IMG/VR virus record: IMGVR_UViG_3300045911_000155
Coordinates: 16,561-80,560 of that record
From: a virus
Strand: one strand, 5' to 3'
Length of the DNA stretch: 64,000 nucleotides
Part shown: positions 62,533 to 64,000 of the stretch, piece after piece
Numbering within the stretch: position 1 is the first letter of the stretch
How the letters are laid out: each line of letters starts with the position of its first letter
Notes under the pieces: model-generated
What the model was told of the DNA's origin: nothing
What the model saw: only the letters and a program-made list of their open reading frames with translations
Databases searched by the model: none
Made by a program: the position numbers and the translations under genes

Positions 62533-63805
62533 CAGCGCGGGTAACGTCTTTGCCTTTCTTGGTCGCAGTCGCCTTTCCATCTTTGAAAGCGTGGAAGATG
62601 CTGGAGAATCTATAGGACTCTCCCTTCACGTCACCTTGAACCGGATGGTTGCGGAATTCGACCCGCAACTTACCTTCCCTGTACTCCATGAAAGAGCCAG
62701 CCATCGGAATGACCGTCACATCTTTGATTTTATGGTCGAACAGGTCACTCTTTATAAGGAACTCAACTCCCGCAAACTTTGAAGCGAAGTTCTTCAGGAT
62801 CAACCCCATTTGATCCGGGCTAACCGATTCCATGATATCTTCGCCAGCACATGCCTCTTCGGTTGGGTGATTGCTGTCACACTTATCACAGAACGGCGGC
62901 GCATCTTCCTTCACCACTTTGACCTTCTTCGGTTTTACTGATTCATTCCGAAGCTGGTACAGATCCCGGATGTCGCTGATCGCGTTCCGTCCCTTCGGTG
63001 TGATCGCACCACTCGAATTCACGTATTGCTTCACCTTAAGGTTGGCGACAATCGTGTCGTACTCAGTCGTGCTGATACCGGCATGACGCGCTTCGTCGCG
63101 GCGGTATGCGGGCTTGTATGCGCGCAACAGCAACAGGACGATCTTCTCTTTCTTGTCAAGGTTAATGCCAGTGTCCGGGAGCAACTGAGCGGCATTCTTG
63201 TCGCTGATGATGAAGGTCAGACCCATGTCCTTGCCCATGAAGATGCTGTGCTGAACGACGCAAATGTTTTCATGGATCTTCACCGGCGCGATGCGCTTCG
63301 TGTTCGGATCACCGTTTTGCGGTACGGGAATTGACTTCAGCGTGACCAAATTCATGACCACGAAGTATTCACGCGACCCACCGTCCCAATAGCTTGTTAC
63401 GTCAACGCTGGCACCTTCTGGCATCACCTGAACCTTGAACTTCCGACCGGTGTAGTCGGGAAACGAGGCGTGCGCCAGCTTCTTCGCCATCGGATCGTTC
63501 GGTTCGAGCACGATGGTCTTGCCCTCATTGAGCAACTTTTCTTTGAGCTTGGTGGAGAAGACACCGGCTTCCGACACATTGACCATTTCGGCCAACTTGG
63601 TCGCCCCGGCAATGGTCTTGGCCCATTCCCGAAGTCGATTGATTCCCTTGTCGGTCATCGGCGCGGTCGCACCTTTGACTTTACCGTCAGCAAACACACT
63701 GGCCCGAATGCGCGGGCCAGATGCGCTCATCAAATTGGAGAAAACAACCAAGGCTTCTTTCACAGCCTTCGGTTTCTTGGTGGTGTCTTTCGGTTTGGTT
63801 GCCAT
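62486..63805 (-). CDS. Late hypothetical protein, probable internal virion protein
   Basis: TAAATA promoter; multiple hydrophobic-x-E sites. Confidence 0.7.
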   Translation of the reverse strand: MATKPKDTTKKPKAVKEALVVFSNLMSASGPRIRASVFADGKVKGATAPMTDKGINRLREWAKTIAGATKLAEMVNVSEAGVFSTKLKEKLLNEGKTIVLEPNDPMAKKLAHASFPDYTGRKFKVQVMPEGASVDVTSYWDGGSREYFVVMNLVTLKSIPVPQNGDPNTKRIAPVKIHENICVVQHSIFMGKDMGLTFIISDKNAAQLLPDTGINLDKKEKIVLLLLRAYKPAYRRDEARHAGISTTEYDTIVANLKVKQYVNSSGAITPKGRNAISDIRDLYQLRNESVKPKKVKVVKEDAPPFCDKCDSNHPTEEACAGEDIMESVSPDQMGLILKNFASKFAGVEFLIKSDLFDHKIKDVTVIPMAGSFMEYREGKLRVEFRNHPVQGDVKGESYRFSSIFHAFKDGKATATKKGKDVTRAVKAEVLRIGTLMGED

Positions 63806-63829
63806 TATAAGTTTCCCGGAAGACAGTAT

Positions 63830-64000
63830 TTACCTTTCGGCACTATGCTTTGGATTTCGTGATCGCCTTTTTTCCGGTGTCCGTTTCCGGGGTTTCTTGG
63901 CTGGCTCATCCTCTTGCGCGGGCGCGGGCGCGCTCACGGGTGCCGGGGCAGGTGCGCTCACGGGCGCGGGCGGGAGAAGATCCGGGAAAGCTGCGCGCAC
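63830..64000 (-). CDS. C-terminal end of a gene entering from the right
   Basis: VRAAFPDLL followed by a Pro/Ala-rich tail. Confidence 0.5.
   Translation of the reverse strand: MRAAFPDLLPPAPVSAPAPAPVSAPAPAQEDEPAKKPRKRTPEKRRSRNPKHSAER

Noticed and set aside
1-64000. CRISPR array, DGR, retron or integrase
   Set aside because: No regularly spaced repeats, reverse transcriptase motifs or recombinase genes were seen

Overview
A 64 kb segment of a large, GC-rich T4-like (myovirus) phage genome. The right third carries the conserved T4-type morphogenesis block on the minus strand: gp17 terminase with an intein, gp18, gp19, gp20, core proteins, gp21, gp22 and gp23. gp48, DNA ligase and two fibre-like genes lie elsewhere. 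The left end holds a minus-strand tRNA operon of 5 Leu and 4 Pro tRNAs plus three abnormal tRNA-like RNAs and a Y RNA-like element, preceded by a Leu/Pro-codon-rich leader peptide. The middle is an accessory region of small genes driven by a repeated palindromic early promoter and TAAATA late promoters. It includes tRNA/RNA-repair enzymes (CCA-adding enzyme with HD domain, RNA ligase, P-loop kinase, Pth2-like) and NAD/nucleotide enzymes (Prs, NAD kinase, CinA-like, HIGH nucleotidyltransferase, ADP-ribosylglycohydrolase, MazG). A J-domain pseudokinase/vWA/PurA-like triad lies near the right end. The most striking observations are: (i) two small genes encoding diverged fragments of the phage's own major capsid protein, one matching the Gol peptide and one fused to a Tat-like signal, which are candidate immune decoys; (ii) an apparent codon-sensing leader on the tRNA operon; (iii) two Y RNA-like ncRNAs; (iv) enzymes carrying T4-like capsid-targeting N-termini; and (v) a Pro1 class 3 intein. 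Several genes are broken by single indels, probably assembly errors. An Acidobacteria host is a tentative inference. All calls were made by eye; no searches were run.
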